Shown here piece after piece: positions 36,701 to 48,990 of a DNA stretch of 64,000 bases. The notes beneath the pieces are model-generated. The model searched no databases and was not told the origin of the DNA. It was given only the letters and a program-made list of their open reading frames with translations. The stretch spans positions 124,001-188,000 of the forward strand of contig JBNJNM010000015.1 in assembly GCA_052426225.1 (NCBI GenBank). Reading direction: 5' to 3'. Origin of the DNA: Zancudomyces culisetae HAW-14-8. Lineage: Eukaryota > Fungi > Kickxellomycota. Made by a program: the position numbers and the translations under genes. Every line of letters starts with the position of its first letter. Position 1 is the first letter of the stretch.

Positions 36701-38409
36701 ATATATAGTCGTGACAAATATAATGTCACTGGGTTTTTTTTGTAACGGGGTACCAATTTCCAACATTTCTCCCTTACTTGGAGTGTAGTTCAATTTTGTT
36801 TTAGCATGTTTTTCATATCGGAGGAATTAGTTTCAATTAGGGGAATAGTTAATATTAGAAAACCAGAAAAAAATGTTACATTACATCACAGCAAACAGAT
36901 ATAAAAAAGCATTCTTGTAAAAATACACTATTGAGAGTTGAAACCTCTTATAGCAGACAAACAGGCAATATAACAATAAAGGGTTAAGTAAAACCATTGG
37001 TTCCAGTACTCTTACTCCAGGATGGCTCGTTATCACAAATGTTCTCATACGATTATGAAGAGGCGCATAACTGCCCCCTCATTCGTTATGAAAAAGAAAC
37101 AATCTTTGTGATGTTTTTTAATGAGCAAATTACATAACACACACATAGCTGAGCAAAAGAAATTACTAATTTAAATAACACTGCATACGTACATCTCAGT
37201 ACATTTACCAGAAACACAAGTGACTTCACATAGCATATCTTGTGTTTCATGCTTTTCTTGCTTCTTCTTTGTAAAAATCCGTCTTGACAAATTGAGCAGC
37301 TTGTTACAAATTAACTGAACAATAAAGAAAAGACACCTGATAGTCTTGACATTTTTGATTTCATTGTCAACTTCCTAATCGAATGACTTGCTCTAGATAT
37401 CTGCTTCATTGAAGATAAATGATGGGTGGGGAGAGGGAGGGTAAAAGGGGGAGGGGGAAATGAAAAAAAAGTTCTGTAAAGCGAATCATTTCTTTTGAAA
37501 AGCTAGTAACTAAAACAATCTTCTGGAATCATATTAAAATAATACAATTTCTCGCCATTTGACCTTTTATTAATTATACTTATATTACATTTTTTCCAGT
37601 ATATTTGGAATCGTAAAGTGGCATGACATTTGAAGATCCATATAAAACAGGTATTACTAAATAAATCAGGTAATAGCGTTATGTTACTATCGATTGCTGA
37701 TAGCCAGTAGAAAATCTAATGTTAATTTTAGCAACACATAAAGGGAATGGGTAGTCTATAAAGCTAGAAAACCCTAAACGTGTGTGATTGAAAGGGTTAA
37801 ATGCTGATACCGGCTCAATTTTTTTTACATAATTTCGTCCGAAGCTTGATGCATTTGAAACTTTGGGGTTCCTTGTTAGTTTGTCGGGTTTTCTCGTTTC
37901 GAAAGTAGGGATTAAACAAATACGTTGTAGGGGGAGATATAGATTATTTTGTTTAAAAAGTAAAGGGAAAGTGGAATATTGTGTAGTGCATGTTGTTGAA
38001 ATAGCAGTGATGCTTCCATGGATGATAGTAGTATACATCCTCCAATAAAATAGGTTGTCAAATGTTCATATTTGAGTTCAACCGTGCTTTTAACTTTTGA
38101 AGGAACAAACTCCAAGACATCTTTATTGGTACTTCTCACTCTAGCATAAGTATGCTATAATTGTTGACAAACTTAATCAGTGGTAAGTCTATGAACCAAC
38201 TAGGGCTGCGGCAGGTAGGCAGTTTTTTTGTTTTTTTTTCTTTTGGTAGGTTGCTTTATAGCTTTATTAAGTACAAGATCAAAAAAAATTCGCATAGGCT
38301 CCACTACCAACAGAAATGCCAAGAACTCAATACTGAACATACTCACTTGCTGGGCCATTCCAACAGAGAGCAGTAACTTCTAACATCCAAATGGTGTACG
38401 TGTTTGATC

Positions 38410-38952
38410 TCACGAGAGATAGGCATCGACATACTCCTTTCGTTCGGGTATATCCAAGTGCTGACCTCCATCAACTCTGTTCACGGGAACCCAGCTAGGA
38501 TTGGCCTTAAACAATCGAGTGGCCTTAACGTACATTTCTGGGGTAATTGTAAATCTATGAAAAATCCCCGCTGGGATAATTAAAAAGTCGTTCTTGCTAA
38601 CTGAAATTCGTATCCACTCATCGTTCTTATCTCTGACATCGAAATAGCCACTCCCTTCATTTATAAAGCGAATTTCTTCGTCAACATGTAGGTGTTCTGT
38701 AAAGAAGATGTCAAGTTTGTCTTCAATACCTTCTATATCTTTACCGATCACCACATTATCCCTAGAAACATACCCGCGCTTTGTACTTATCTCGTCAAGT
38801 TTTTTAGCTACTTCCTGATCGGAAGATATATCAAAAGTTTCAGCAAACACACCTAGCTCATTTAATTGTTCGAGTGTGACTTTGGGTCTCGATTCATCAA
38901 CATGAGTAAGTTTTTTGTCGGATCCATCATCCAAATAATAGTATGCTCTCAT
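38410..38952 (-). CDS. ADI1: Acireductone dioxygenase (methionine salvage)
   Basis: FFTEHLHVDEEIRFINEGSGYFDVRD, IIPAGIFHRF. Confidence 0.95.
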   Translation of the reverse strand: MRAYYYLDDGSDKKLTHVDESRPKVTLEQLNELGVFAETFDISSDQEVAKKLDEISTKRGYVSRDNVVIGKDIEGIEDKLDIFFTEHLHVDEEIRFINEGSGYFDVRDKNDEWIRISVSKNDFLIIPAGIFHRFTITPEMYVKATRLFKANPSWVPVNRVDGGQHLDIPERKEYVDAYLS

Positions 38953-40440
38953 TCTGCTTGATTTAGGCGTTTTTAGAGTTTTTATTAAATCTTTTTCTTG
39001 TTTTTGTACAAAAACGAAGAGGCAGGTTGTAAAAACAAAGTATGTAAAGGTCTTTTTCCAATCTTGTTTTGTTTTGCACTTAGACTGAAAATGGTGCCTG
39101 AAAATTTTTTTTTGGCTTCACATGAATTGGTACCAGCCCAATTAACAGTGGGATTAAACCCGGTTTTGTGATTGATTATTTTTTGCTCTTGGTTTAATGT
39201 GGTATTAATGGTACATTATTCTTTTGAAATTCGTGGATTTTTTCAAACATGGATCAGTAAAAAGGCCGCTCATTGCTCACAGTGCAGATGGAAACAGAGT
39301 TGCTGATATACATAGTTCTAACACATAGTGGTATAAATTACAACTATAAAACAAGGTTTTTTTTTGCCACAACTCAAGTCTCGAATAGTTAGGAACTACA
39401 TATATTTTTCCAGAACGCAGTTATTGCTCAAAAAAATAAAACATATAGCGAGAGATAGTCGAAGCAATTTGGGTAAATGATAAAGAAAATGAGTATATAC
39501 CCACCCCACTTTAAATCGATAAAACAACAAAAAAGTGAATCTATTTCCACTTGAAAGGTCAGTGTTTTAAATAGTAAAATGTTGTTAGAATTTGTAGCAT
39601 ATCAATAAAATAAGCAGGCCAGGATGGAAATAAAACCCTTCATTTTTGGTGTCAAATCGAAATAGTAGTAGGCTCAAGATAATTAAATTGGTGTCGATTT
39701 CCATCACCAATAAACTAAAGCAACCTATATCAATATCTTTTTACTTGTTAGATAAAACGCTCTTCAAACACTGTGTGAGAATGTGTTCTTTAGCTACGCA
39801 TTAGTGCTGTTTATTGGCTGGGATAGATTATTTTCTCTAAAATTTTTTTTCCATTTCTTGATCCTTATTTTTTCGTTGGCTTTGGCTTTACCTTTACCTT
39901 TTGACTTTACCTTATAACGGAATTTGAAGTAATACCAAAAGATAAAGTGACTCTGATTCGTGAGAATTGTAAAAAATCAATCTTTTGCTTTAGAGCTATC
40001 ATGCTGGGGAAAAAAAAGAAACGGTGGTGATAAAAAATAATAACTATCGATGCATATTAGATAGCTTTGCTAGTTTCAGATTTATCAAGTAACATACGCA
40101 GCTTTATCCCTTTTACATAACAAAAAGTGGACCAACTTTTTGTATAATACATCTCTCAAACAGTGTATACTCAATAAATAGAATCCGAATGAGCAAACAT
40201 TTTTCACGGGTCCTTTTAATCTTGCAAAAAGAAACAATATAATATAAAATAAAAGGTGCTAAACAATTCTGCTCAGTGAGTGAAAAAAAATCGAGCTAGC
40301 GAGATAGTATCGGTCCTAGCAAACAAAAACAGCCACACAGCAAGGCCAACAAACGCAACATAATTGTTTTTGTATTTTCCACGTCGAAATAACTATTAAA
40401 GAATCATAGATTTTAATAAATAAACTCTTTAACTGTTGAC

Positions 40441-41486
40441 ATGTCTGCGTACAAACCCCAGAAGAAACACGTAGATACACCCTTTTATCTAGGAGGTAAG
40501 TGGACTCTGTAATATTATAAACTTATTATTATTATTATTATTATTATCTGTCATTGTTTTTATGACCTTATATGGTTTAGAGTATTTTATTATTTTACGA
40601 CTCGTAACTTATATTAATTTTTTTTTGGATAATATTTGCTTATAATTTAGGAGTCGCCTCAGTAATTGCGGTTACTTTTACTCATCCAATGGATCTGCTG
40701 AAGGTCCGTTTACAAACACATGTCGGCTCACATACATCTTTGTCCTCTTTGATTCTTCGTATATATAAACAACAGGGTATACCAGGGTACTATAGCGGAT
40801 TGAGCGCTGCAGTTCTTCGACAGGCTAGCTACTCAACGATTAGATTTGGTGTTTATGAGGAAGCCAAAAAGCTATTCAGGAGACCAGATGGTACAGTATC
40901 ACCATTATCTGCAATAATGTCAGGCATTTTAGGTGGTGCAGCAGGTGGGATCGTTGGGAATCCTGCAGACGTTGCAAACGTAAGAATGCAGAACGATGGA
41001 TCCTTACCCTCACATCTTCGTAGAAACTACAAGAATGTCTTTGATGCACTAATCAGGATGGTACGAGAAGAGGGGCTGAGATCACTTTTCAACGGTGTTA
41101 TTCCAAATGTAACTAGAGGTGTGATAATGACTACATCACAAATCAGTGTTTATGATATAGCCAAGGATGCAATGGTCTCTGGATTAGGCATGTCACCAGC
41201 CAGTATTATTACACATATCGGTTCCAGTACAATCGCTGCATTGGTTTCCACAACCACTACTTCGCCAATCGATGTTGCAAAAACAAGAATTATGAACTCC
41301 AGTGGCAAGGAATACAGAAATCTAGGACACGCAGTTGCAACAATATACAAATCAGAGGGTGTGAGTGCTCTTTTCAAAGGCTGGGTCCCATCCTTCTTTA
41401 GACTTGCTCCACATTCAGTATTGCTATTTATACTTCTTGAACAACTGAAGGCCGTTTATATTCGAAAACATTCATATGCAGTATAG
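40441..41486 (+). CDS. DIC1: Mitochondrial dicarboxylate carrier (exons 40441-40495, 40651-41486)
   Basis: PFYLGG/VAS...THPMDLLKVRLQ, LRQASYSTIRFGVYE, GNPADVANVRMQND, SPIDVAKTRIMN, KGWVPSFFRLAPH. Confidence 0.92.
40523..40547. repeat. (TTA)n intronic microsatellite
   Basis: About 8 TTA units in the DIC1 intron. Confidence 0.8.
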
Positions 41487-41984
41487 GCCCTTTGTTCAAT
41501 TATTAAACACGCTTAACTACTGTAAAAGTATCATAATGTCATAATAACCACTTAAAGGCCATAGGTAAAGAGGATCCAAGAAAGTATAACATCACTTTTT
41601 TTTTTGTTTGTTGTAGAAACATTTTTATATATAATAATAATAAACAAGAGAAAGGGGGATATGTCTTTCTGTTGAAAAATGAAAAAAAAAGTAACAAAAA
41701 AGCAGCCATATGTGTGTTTGGTGCTTTTCTTGTTCTTGTAATAAAATTACATGTTTTGATAATTGTATTGTGCGCAAAGAGGTATGCTTTACACTTCAGG
41801 TTTTGTTATTATATTTCCAACTACACCCAAGTCAAAAATAGATCAAAATCACTAAATATATGGATATACAAGCAGTAAAAGCCAACCAAAAAAGCTCTTT
41901 TATCGCTTGAAGATTAACCGCTAAAAAAATACGAGAAGGGGAAAATGGGAAATTGTAAACGGTGATATCATACATATGTAATTA

Positions 41985-42872
41985 TCAGTTTTTCCTGGCA
42001 AGAACAATGGATTGTTCCCAAGTAACATTAATAGGTTGATCATAGCATCCCACTTGATTTGCAATCTCCATCATACGTTCTACATAGACTTCCGCAACAT
42101 TTCTCTCGTTTGGAAAATCTTGATGATACTTTGCGAGGCATGACCATGTTTTAAGTTTGTTTAACAATTTCTGCCAAGTCATTTGTTGGTCTATCACAGT
42201 TGGTCCATCAAGAGTCTCAGCCTTTACATCGCCGAATGTTAGACTAGCTGCTTGTTCTGGATAAACTTGTAGTTTGACATCGGAAAACCCACTATCATCC
42301 TTATTGAGGCTTGTACTATATGCAGAATATAAGTTATCCAGTACTACTCTGCCAGAATCCCAATATTTGCCTAGCTTTGTAGTTCCATACTCTTTGCTAA
42401 TATCGTTGCATTCTGGGAAATCCTTGAAATAGAGATAGCCTGAATACCCCATTATTGCCAATGTCCCGTGTGGCTTCAAGATACGTCTGCTTTCTTTAAT
42501 AAAGGCATCGATGTTGAACCAATGTGCCCCAGTTCCCACCGTAATTACATCAATAGAATTGTCTGCTACACTCTTCATATTCTCTGCCGATTCTACTCTA
42601 TATTCTAGTCTATCAGCGCGTTGTCCAACCTCGGCTTTGGCTTCTTCAAGCATCTTTTCAGATATATCTGTCCCTATAACTTTATCAAATGAACCCACGA
42701 GCATCTCCGCAAGTATTCCAGTGCCAGTTGCCACATCGACAACTACACCTGCTTGATTTCCATCCACCTCATTATGGTACTTGAGTATGTGTTGAACTAC
42801 CTGAGGGTTGTATCTTGGTCTATCCGTGGCATAACCACTATAGTTGTAAAACCCTTGTTTAAAAGTACTCAT
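41985..42872 (-). CDS. Class I SAM-dependent methyltransferase, Tmt1/Crg1-like
   Basis: YATDRPRY, VDVATGTG motif I, GTDISEKML, GAHWF, RILKPHGTLA, TWS. Confidence 0.88.
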   Translation of the reverse strand: MSTFKQGFYNYSGYATDRPRYNPQVVQHILKYHNEVDGNQAGVVVDVATGTGILAEMLVGSFDKVIGTDISEKMLEEAKAEVGQRADRLEYRVESAENMKSVADNSIDVITVGTGAHWFNIDAFIKESRRILKPHGTLAIMGYSGYLYFKDFPECNDISKEYGTTKLGKYWDSGRVVLDNLYSAYSTSLNKDDSGFSDVKLQVYPEQAASLTFGDVKAETLDGPTVIDQQMTWQKLLNKLKTWSCLAKYHQDFPNERNVAEVYVERMMEIANQVGCYDQPINVTWEQSIVLARKN

Positions 42873-44419
42873 TCTGTAAACTTTTGCTTTTGTAGAATTT
42901 TCTTGCGTTGCTTTCCTTTATTTATTTATTTATTTATTTTCGTTCACCTTTTATAGAATTTTTTTTCGCTTTGCTCTTTCTTGAAAACCAAAAAATCTTC
43001 AGGTGCTTATAATAGGGTAAAAATCGTTGTTTGATCTTGGAGCGTCATGGTGTTATAATTGCATGTCATCATAATGTTCACGTTTTCTAGCTGTGACAGC
43101 TTTTGTTTTTCTATATGTCTCTGGAACTTATTCCGAGTTTTTTGTGTTCTGCTTTCATTTTTGACTGTTTTTGTTTTCACTCCCATTTTATTGGCAGGTA
43201 AACCTGATATCTAACAGCTTTTATTGGGTACTGCTAAGTAAGTAAAGTACAAGGCTAGTTAGATTGGAGAAAGATGAGTGGCTTGCTCTTTAAAATCACA
43301 GAACTCCCTACAACTGTTTTGGGTAAATGGATTTTCAATTGCTCATCACTTTATCATAATGCTGGGAATTGTTGTTGCAAGTATAATCTTCATCATATTC
43401 ATGTATATCTAACAACGCTTGTTTTCGGCTAACGCACTTGGATTCCTTTTTTTTCCCACGTATTACTATTTCTAAATGCCATTCTAGCGTTGAAATTGCA
43501 ATGATATGTAAAGTTGTATTGGAACTGAGACAGTTAACAAATTAATACTACAACAAGGCACAAAGGGTATCGATTTCAGATGCAGTTTTGAATGCTATAG
43601 TCACAAGTAAAAATTGTGTATATCACATATATATCATTTTTGATGCATGAGAGGGATAAAAAAACAAATATTCATCAGATATTCTATTTGAAATGTGGTA
43701 GGATGTTAAGAGAAATACACAACACAATGAAATATATGCATCAAAAAGAAAATATTAAACCGCTTCATATATGTAATATACGCACTAAAAGAGTGCACTT
43801 GACTAATATCAATATCAACATCAATATGGATACCACAAGCACAATTCCCATCTCAGGTTTATTAATCAATACACACAAATACACAAGAAACCCCCGCTCA
43901 ATGCTTTAGCACACTCCTCCCCTCCCCTCCCCTCCCCTCCCCCCTTTTGTTTACTACATTCGACACTTTTTTCAAAATGTATACTGCTAAGCATTTGCTA
44001 CGAAAAGTTAGCTCGTGGAGGGAGGAGTTATATATACCCAATATTTTGCTTTTATGGTGATCTTTTTTTCCATGCTGAGCTTCAATCCAATAAAATTTTC
44101 TATTTGACTTGTGCCAGAATAAAGTATAGGATACTCCCCATTCGTGAACATTCAAGAAATGTAATATAAATGTTGTCCAGAACATGATCCAGATTTTGAG
44201 AGAATCCTATTTTTGTCCAATTATCGTATTTGATTAGTAATTATGAGCACAATATTGCTCATGGACTGTATTAGTAATCAGTTGAGATTAAGTAACTAAA
44301 ATCAGAAATGTGTTTAAGGATGAGGGATATAAACACTACAAAATTTCTATGTCCAGGAAGGTTGAATCAAAAAAGCTTGTCTACTGGAAATTAATCGAGA
44401 AACTAAGAAGAAAAGAAAA

Positions 44420-44728
44420 ATGGTACTACTGTTGGATCAAATAAGCGAAACAATTAACAACAACACTGTTGTGGTATACTCAAAGACCTACTGCCCATAC
44501 TGCACCAAGGCCAAAAACGAATTGAAGAAACATAACATCAGTGCAAAGATCATTGAGCTTGATATAATCGATGAGGGTGCAGATATTCAGCAAGCGCTAT
44601 TGGAATTGACCAAGCAAAGAACCGTTCCAAACATTTTTATCAACAAAACCCACGTCGGAGGGTGTGATGATTTGCTTAGGAAGATCGCCTCAGGGGAGGT
44701 CAAGAAGCTGCTTGAAGCCAACTTGTAA
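44420..44728 (+). CDS. Dithiol glutaredoxin
   Basis: SKTYCPYC, QRTVPNIFI, GGCDDL. Confidence 0.95.
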   Translation: MVLLLDQISETINNNTVVVYSKTYCPYCTKAKNELKKHNISAKIIELDIIDEGADIQQALLELTKQRTVPNIFINKTHVGGCDDLLRKIASGEVKKLLEANL

Positions 44729-45012
44729 CAGTTAAACGAAAGTGTAGCAAGCAGTGTGATAGGAGGATTTCATGGAAGTCTTTTGTGCTTGCCTGCTATT
44801 TTGACTTGATTAGCAGAGTTTTCTCCCTTTTGAAACTGCTTAGAGTTTTTTCAGATTTTACTTTTTTTTAATTACCCATGATTCACTAAATGGACGATTA
44901 TCTCAAATATATTTTGATGTTTCAGCAAGAGGTTATTAATATTAAATGATCAAATAAATAGAAAAGGGTGATACCCGAAAAATGATTAAGACGGCAAAGA
45001 AAAAATAAAGCG

Positions 45013-47369
45013 TTATTTTGAGTGCTTGGTGTTATATACAGAGAGTAGGGAGGATGTTCCACTAGCACCACCAATCTTTCTATTTAAAACGTCATCTATG
45101 TTGTCTACCTGGGAAGCATCAGCAGAAGCAGATAAACTTCGTGCTCGTTCAATGGCCGCAGCCTTGTTTAGCTTCTTGGTGAGACGCTCAGCTCTTTTGA
45201 GTTTTTTAAGTTTGTTATTGGACCACGAAGAGTTAGAGCTGTTCGCTGAATGCTTATCAGTGGCTTTAGCATTACTAGAATCGGATGGAGCAGAGTCAGA
45301 GGCTTTATGGCGTTGTTTTTCCGCAAAATGAGCTTTTTGTTCATACTTTTGATTAAGCTTGAGAAGTCTAGCCTTTTCTCTGGGTTTATCTAGGTAAGGA
45401 ATGGTATCGAAATCAGAGATATTGGGTTTATAGAACTTTGTAAAGAAAGTGGTGTAGTCGTCTGATTTAAACTCGGGCATTTTTGGTAAGCTGATAAGAG
45501 AGTAACCATTTGCAATTGTTAAAAGATCCAAATGTTTAAAGCTGAATATGTAGCTTGCTTCATGCTTCTGATAGCTTTTTACAGAAGAGACAAAGGCCTT
45601 GATGCTCTTTTCATAGATGTCACGGTCCGTAGAAACATAGGAATTTCGGAGATGGTCAAGTATGCTCAGACTTTGTGGGTCATCACTGGATGCTGGATAT
45701 AATTCGTGTTGAGGGTCGCTGGTGCTTGAGGGTTGGTATGGGGTGAGATCCGCAAGCAGATAACTCATCCGAGACATTGGTATCTTTCGGATTCTCATAA
45801 ACTCTATATATGTTTCTTCGCGACCAGGATTTAAAAAGACTATCGCCAACCCGTTTCTACCTGCTCGAGCAGTTCGCCCACATCGATGAGGAAAGGCCTT
45901 TGGATCTGTTGGGGGCTCCCACTGAATAACACAATCGACATCTGGAATGTCCAGTCCTCTGCTGGCTACATCCGTGCATATCAATATCGCTGTCGTAAGG
46001 GCAGTATCAAGCTGGGTAAATTTCTCAAACGTTAGCTTTCGCCTTTTAGGATCCATTTGACCATGTAGAGACGAAACAACCACATCCATTTTTTTATCAT
46101 CCGTAGATGGAGCGTTGATTTTTTCAATGTTACCATAGTATTTACTAAACAGCTTGTAGAAATAATCGACAGCTGCGCACGTGGAAAAATACACAATGTA
46201 CTTTTGAAGTGGATTTGAGGCCACCAGTCTGAATATTTGAGCAAGTTTTCTATCTGCAGGACACACCAAATATTTGATGCTAAGAGTCTCTGGTGTCTTT
46301 TGTTCTGATCCTTCTAGTGAGTTCGATTCAACCTTGACGGTGATCTTGGCCGGATTTCTGAGTCCAGTTCTTATGAGTTCTGTCACAGCCTCACTCATTG
46401 TTGCTGAAAACAGCCCAGTTCGTCTTTGTTTGGGTATCATACTCATAATCATTTTCAGCTGCGATTCAAACCCCATATCCAATAATCTATCCGCCTCATC
46501 CATTATTAACACTTCAAGATTCTTGCATACCACTAGGGGCTGTGATCGTCTACCAATTTTCGAATGGCTTTGTTTACCCGCCGGTTTTCCGGCAACTCGT
46601 CCACAAATAATATCTTCAAGCCTTCCTGGAGTTCCAACAAGAATCGACGCCCCATTCTTTGCTAGTTCTACCGCATCCTCGACTTCATTGCCGCCACTTC
46701 CTCCGATTGCTAAAGAAGCAGTATGCTTGCTTTTGGTTAGCTCTAGTAGCTGCAATACCACTTTGTAAATCTGCTGTGCCAGCTCTCTTGTTGGACTGAT
46801 AATTATTGAGTATACTTCATTGCTAATTCTCTTTTGTGCAGTTTTATTATTTACAGGTCTTTTTTTGTCTAATAACTCCAATAATGGGACAACGAATGCT
46901 AGCGTTTTTCCCGAGCCAGTAACAGCTTCTACTACAACATCTTTTTCTTTTAATAGCTGTGGTATGGTAGCGATTTGCACTGGTGTAGTCTTTTCATATC
47001 CAAGTTCTTGGAGTGCATTGAACCTAGTCGCATATTCATATTAGTATTTTTAATAATTTCAACTACCAGGACAGGACAATATACTTTCAAATACAGTTCT
47101 ATGTAGTATGTCTTGTGATTATAAATAAAAGGTTATCCTCTATGTTATAATAAAATATGGTCTTACATTTTATCTGATAATTTTGGTCTTATTTGATCCC
47201 AACCTTCGGTATAGGTAGATACAGCAGATGCGCGCGGTTTGGACTTATTTTGAATTAAAGATAAATCTAACTTGGAATTAATACTTTCTCCCTCATTTTG
47301 GCTCTGTTGGATTTTTTTTGGCCTCTTGCTGGGGTCAGTTTGTGTTTTCGTGCTATTTTTTCTTTTCAT
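45013..47369 (-). CDS. SPB4: DEAD-box rRNA helicase Spb4/DDX55 (exons 47369-47167, 47023-45013)
   Basis: TPVQ Q-motif, AVTGSGKTLAF, SPTRELA, DEADRLLDMGF, QRRTGLFSAT, HRCGRTAR, YQKHEASYIF, LPKMPE. Confidence 0.93.
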
Positions 47370-47873
47370 GTTCGCTGGTTGTAGTAATTTCGTATTATGC
47401 GTGCTAGTACACTGGAAAAGAAAAAAAGTATAGTGTGTATATATATATTTAAAAGCTTAAACTGAATTCTCTTTGCTTAACACTTGCTCCGCCTAACGTA
47501 ACTTGTGTGTCCGAGAAGTAAAGTATTAAGAGTAAGATGCGTGTTTATTCTTTTACTTTTATTTTTCTGTGATGATCAGTATTTTGCAACTGTTCTAGTG
47601 AGTAGTGAGGAAAAAATTTTTTTTCTATTTGATGGCGGAATACGAGTCCAATCAGATGGAATGTATTTACACAAAAGATTTAATGGATAAACAGCTCCAA
47701 AAACCTGCCTAAACAAAACACTAGTAACAAACATAATACCCAAATTGTTTCAAGGGCGCGAAAAGGTTTGGAATTTTTTATGGGCTATATGACATTTGTA
47801 TATAAACAACAATTATTTAAATTTAAAGTCAATTTCGCATACAGAATTCACATAGCAAGATTACACAGACAAA

Positions 47874-48990
47874 ATGGCGAGGAATCAGGAAAAGGCACAG
47901 TCAATGCTGTATAGATTTCGACAGGTTCAGCTTGAAGAACAAGGGCTGCTAAAACCTGTAGAAAAGCGGCCATATTTGGCATCTATTGTTAATTCCCTAC
48001 CAGCTGCCGAACATTGGAGAAGACAAGTTATAAAGGATATTACACGAACAGTGGCAAAAATTCATGATGGTAACTTTTTATTGCAAATCCGTTTTGTTTT
48101 AACAGGAAAAAAAAGGAATATAACTGATATATTTTTAACGAAGGTTTTCAATATGCTTTAATCTATAATCAATGTGAATATAGGTAGTTTACCGGACACT
48201 CAAATAAGGGATTTAAACGATGAAATCAACAAATATTTGAGGGAAAAGCAGCACTGGGAAACCAGGATTAAAGAGTTGGGAGGTCCTGATTACAAGGTAA
48301 ATGAGTGAATAATAATTCAAGAAATCAAATTTACTAATGTCATTTCAAACACAGCTAAGAGAGAAAAGTAGAAAAATATCATATAAAAAATATGTGAATA
48401 GAAAGTAGGAACCAAGATCGTGGATAGCGAGGGAAGAGAAATTGCAGGAAATCGAGGATACAAGTAAGAATGTTTTCTATTCATTTTTCTGTTTTCTTGG
48501 TTTCGCTTTACAAATGAATCACCGTTATAAAATTTGTGTTCATCCAAATATATTGTTTAATGAATATAGGTACTTTGGGAGAGCTAAAGATTTGCCTGGA
48601 GTCAGAGAAATGCTCGGAAAAGGGGGTGAGTGCTACAAACCGCTATTTACCAATCGCATTAGTAGAATTATCCTTTTATTTTTGATCTAATGTGACTGTT
48701 TGATAGTTGAATGAGATTGACGAGAGACAGTTTGTGAACAAACATGCACACATATATATATCATTTATTTATGAAATATATTTTTTATAGACGGAGACAA
48801 AGAAAAAAGAAAAAAAACACGAGCAGAACTTTTAAAAAATATCGATGCTGATTACTATGGATTGAGGGATGATCAGAATGCTGAGCTTTTAGAATACGAG
48901 GCCGAGGTTTCAAGATTACAGATAGAAAAACTCCGAACTAACCACCAATATTTGACTGTGACTGATATTTACGACAATAAAACAGCATGA
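47874..48990 (+). CDS. ISY1: NTC splicing factor Isy1 (5 exons; C-terminally short)
   Basis: MARNQEKAQSMLYRF; IRDLNDEINKYLREKQHWE; GNRGYK/YFGRAKDLPGVREM; IDADYYGLRDD; TGA at 48988-48990. Confidence 0.9.

Noticed and set aside
37211-37248. 10-bp inverted repeat GAAACACAAG/CTTGTGTTTC
   Set aside because: Isolated hairpin; no SECIS quartet, target-site duplication or second copy
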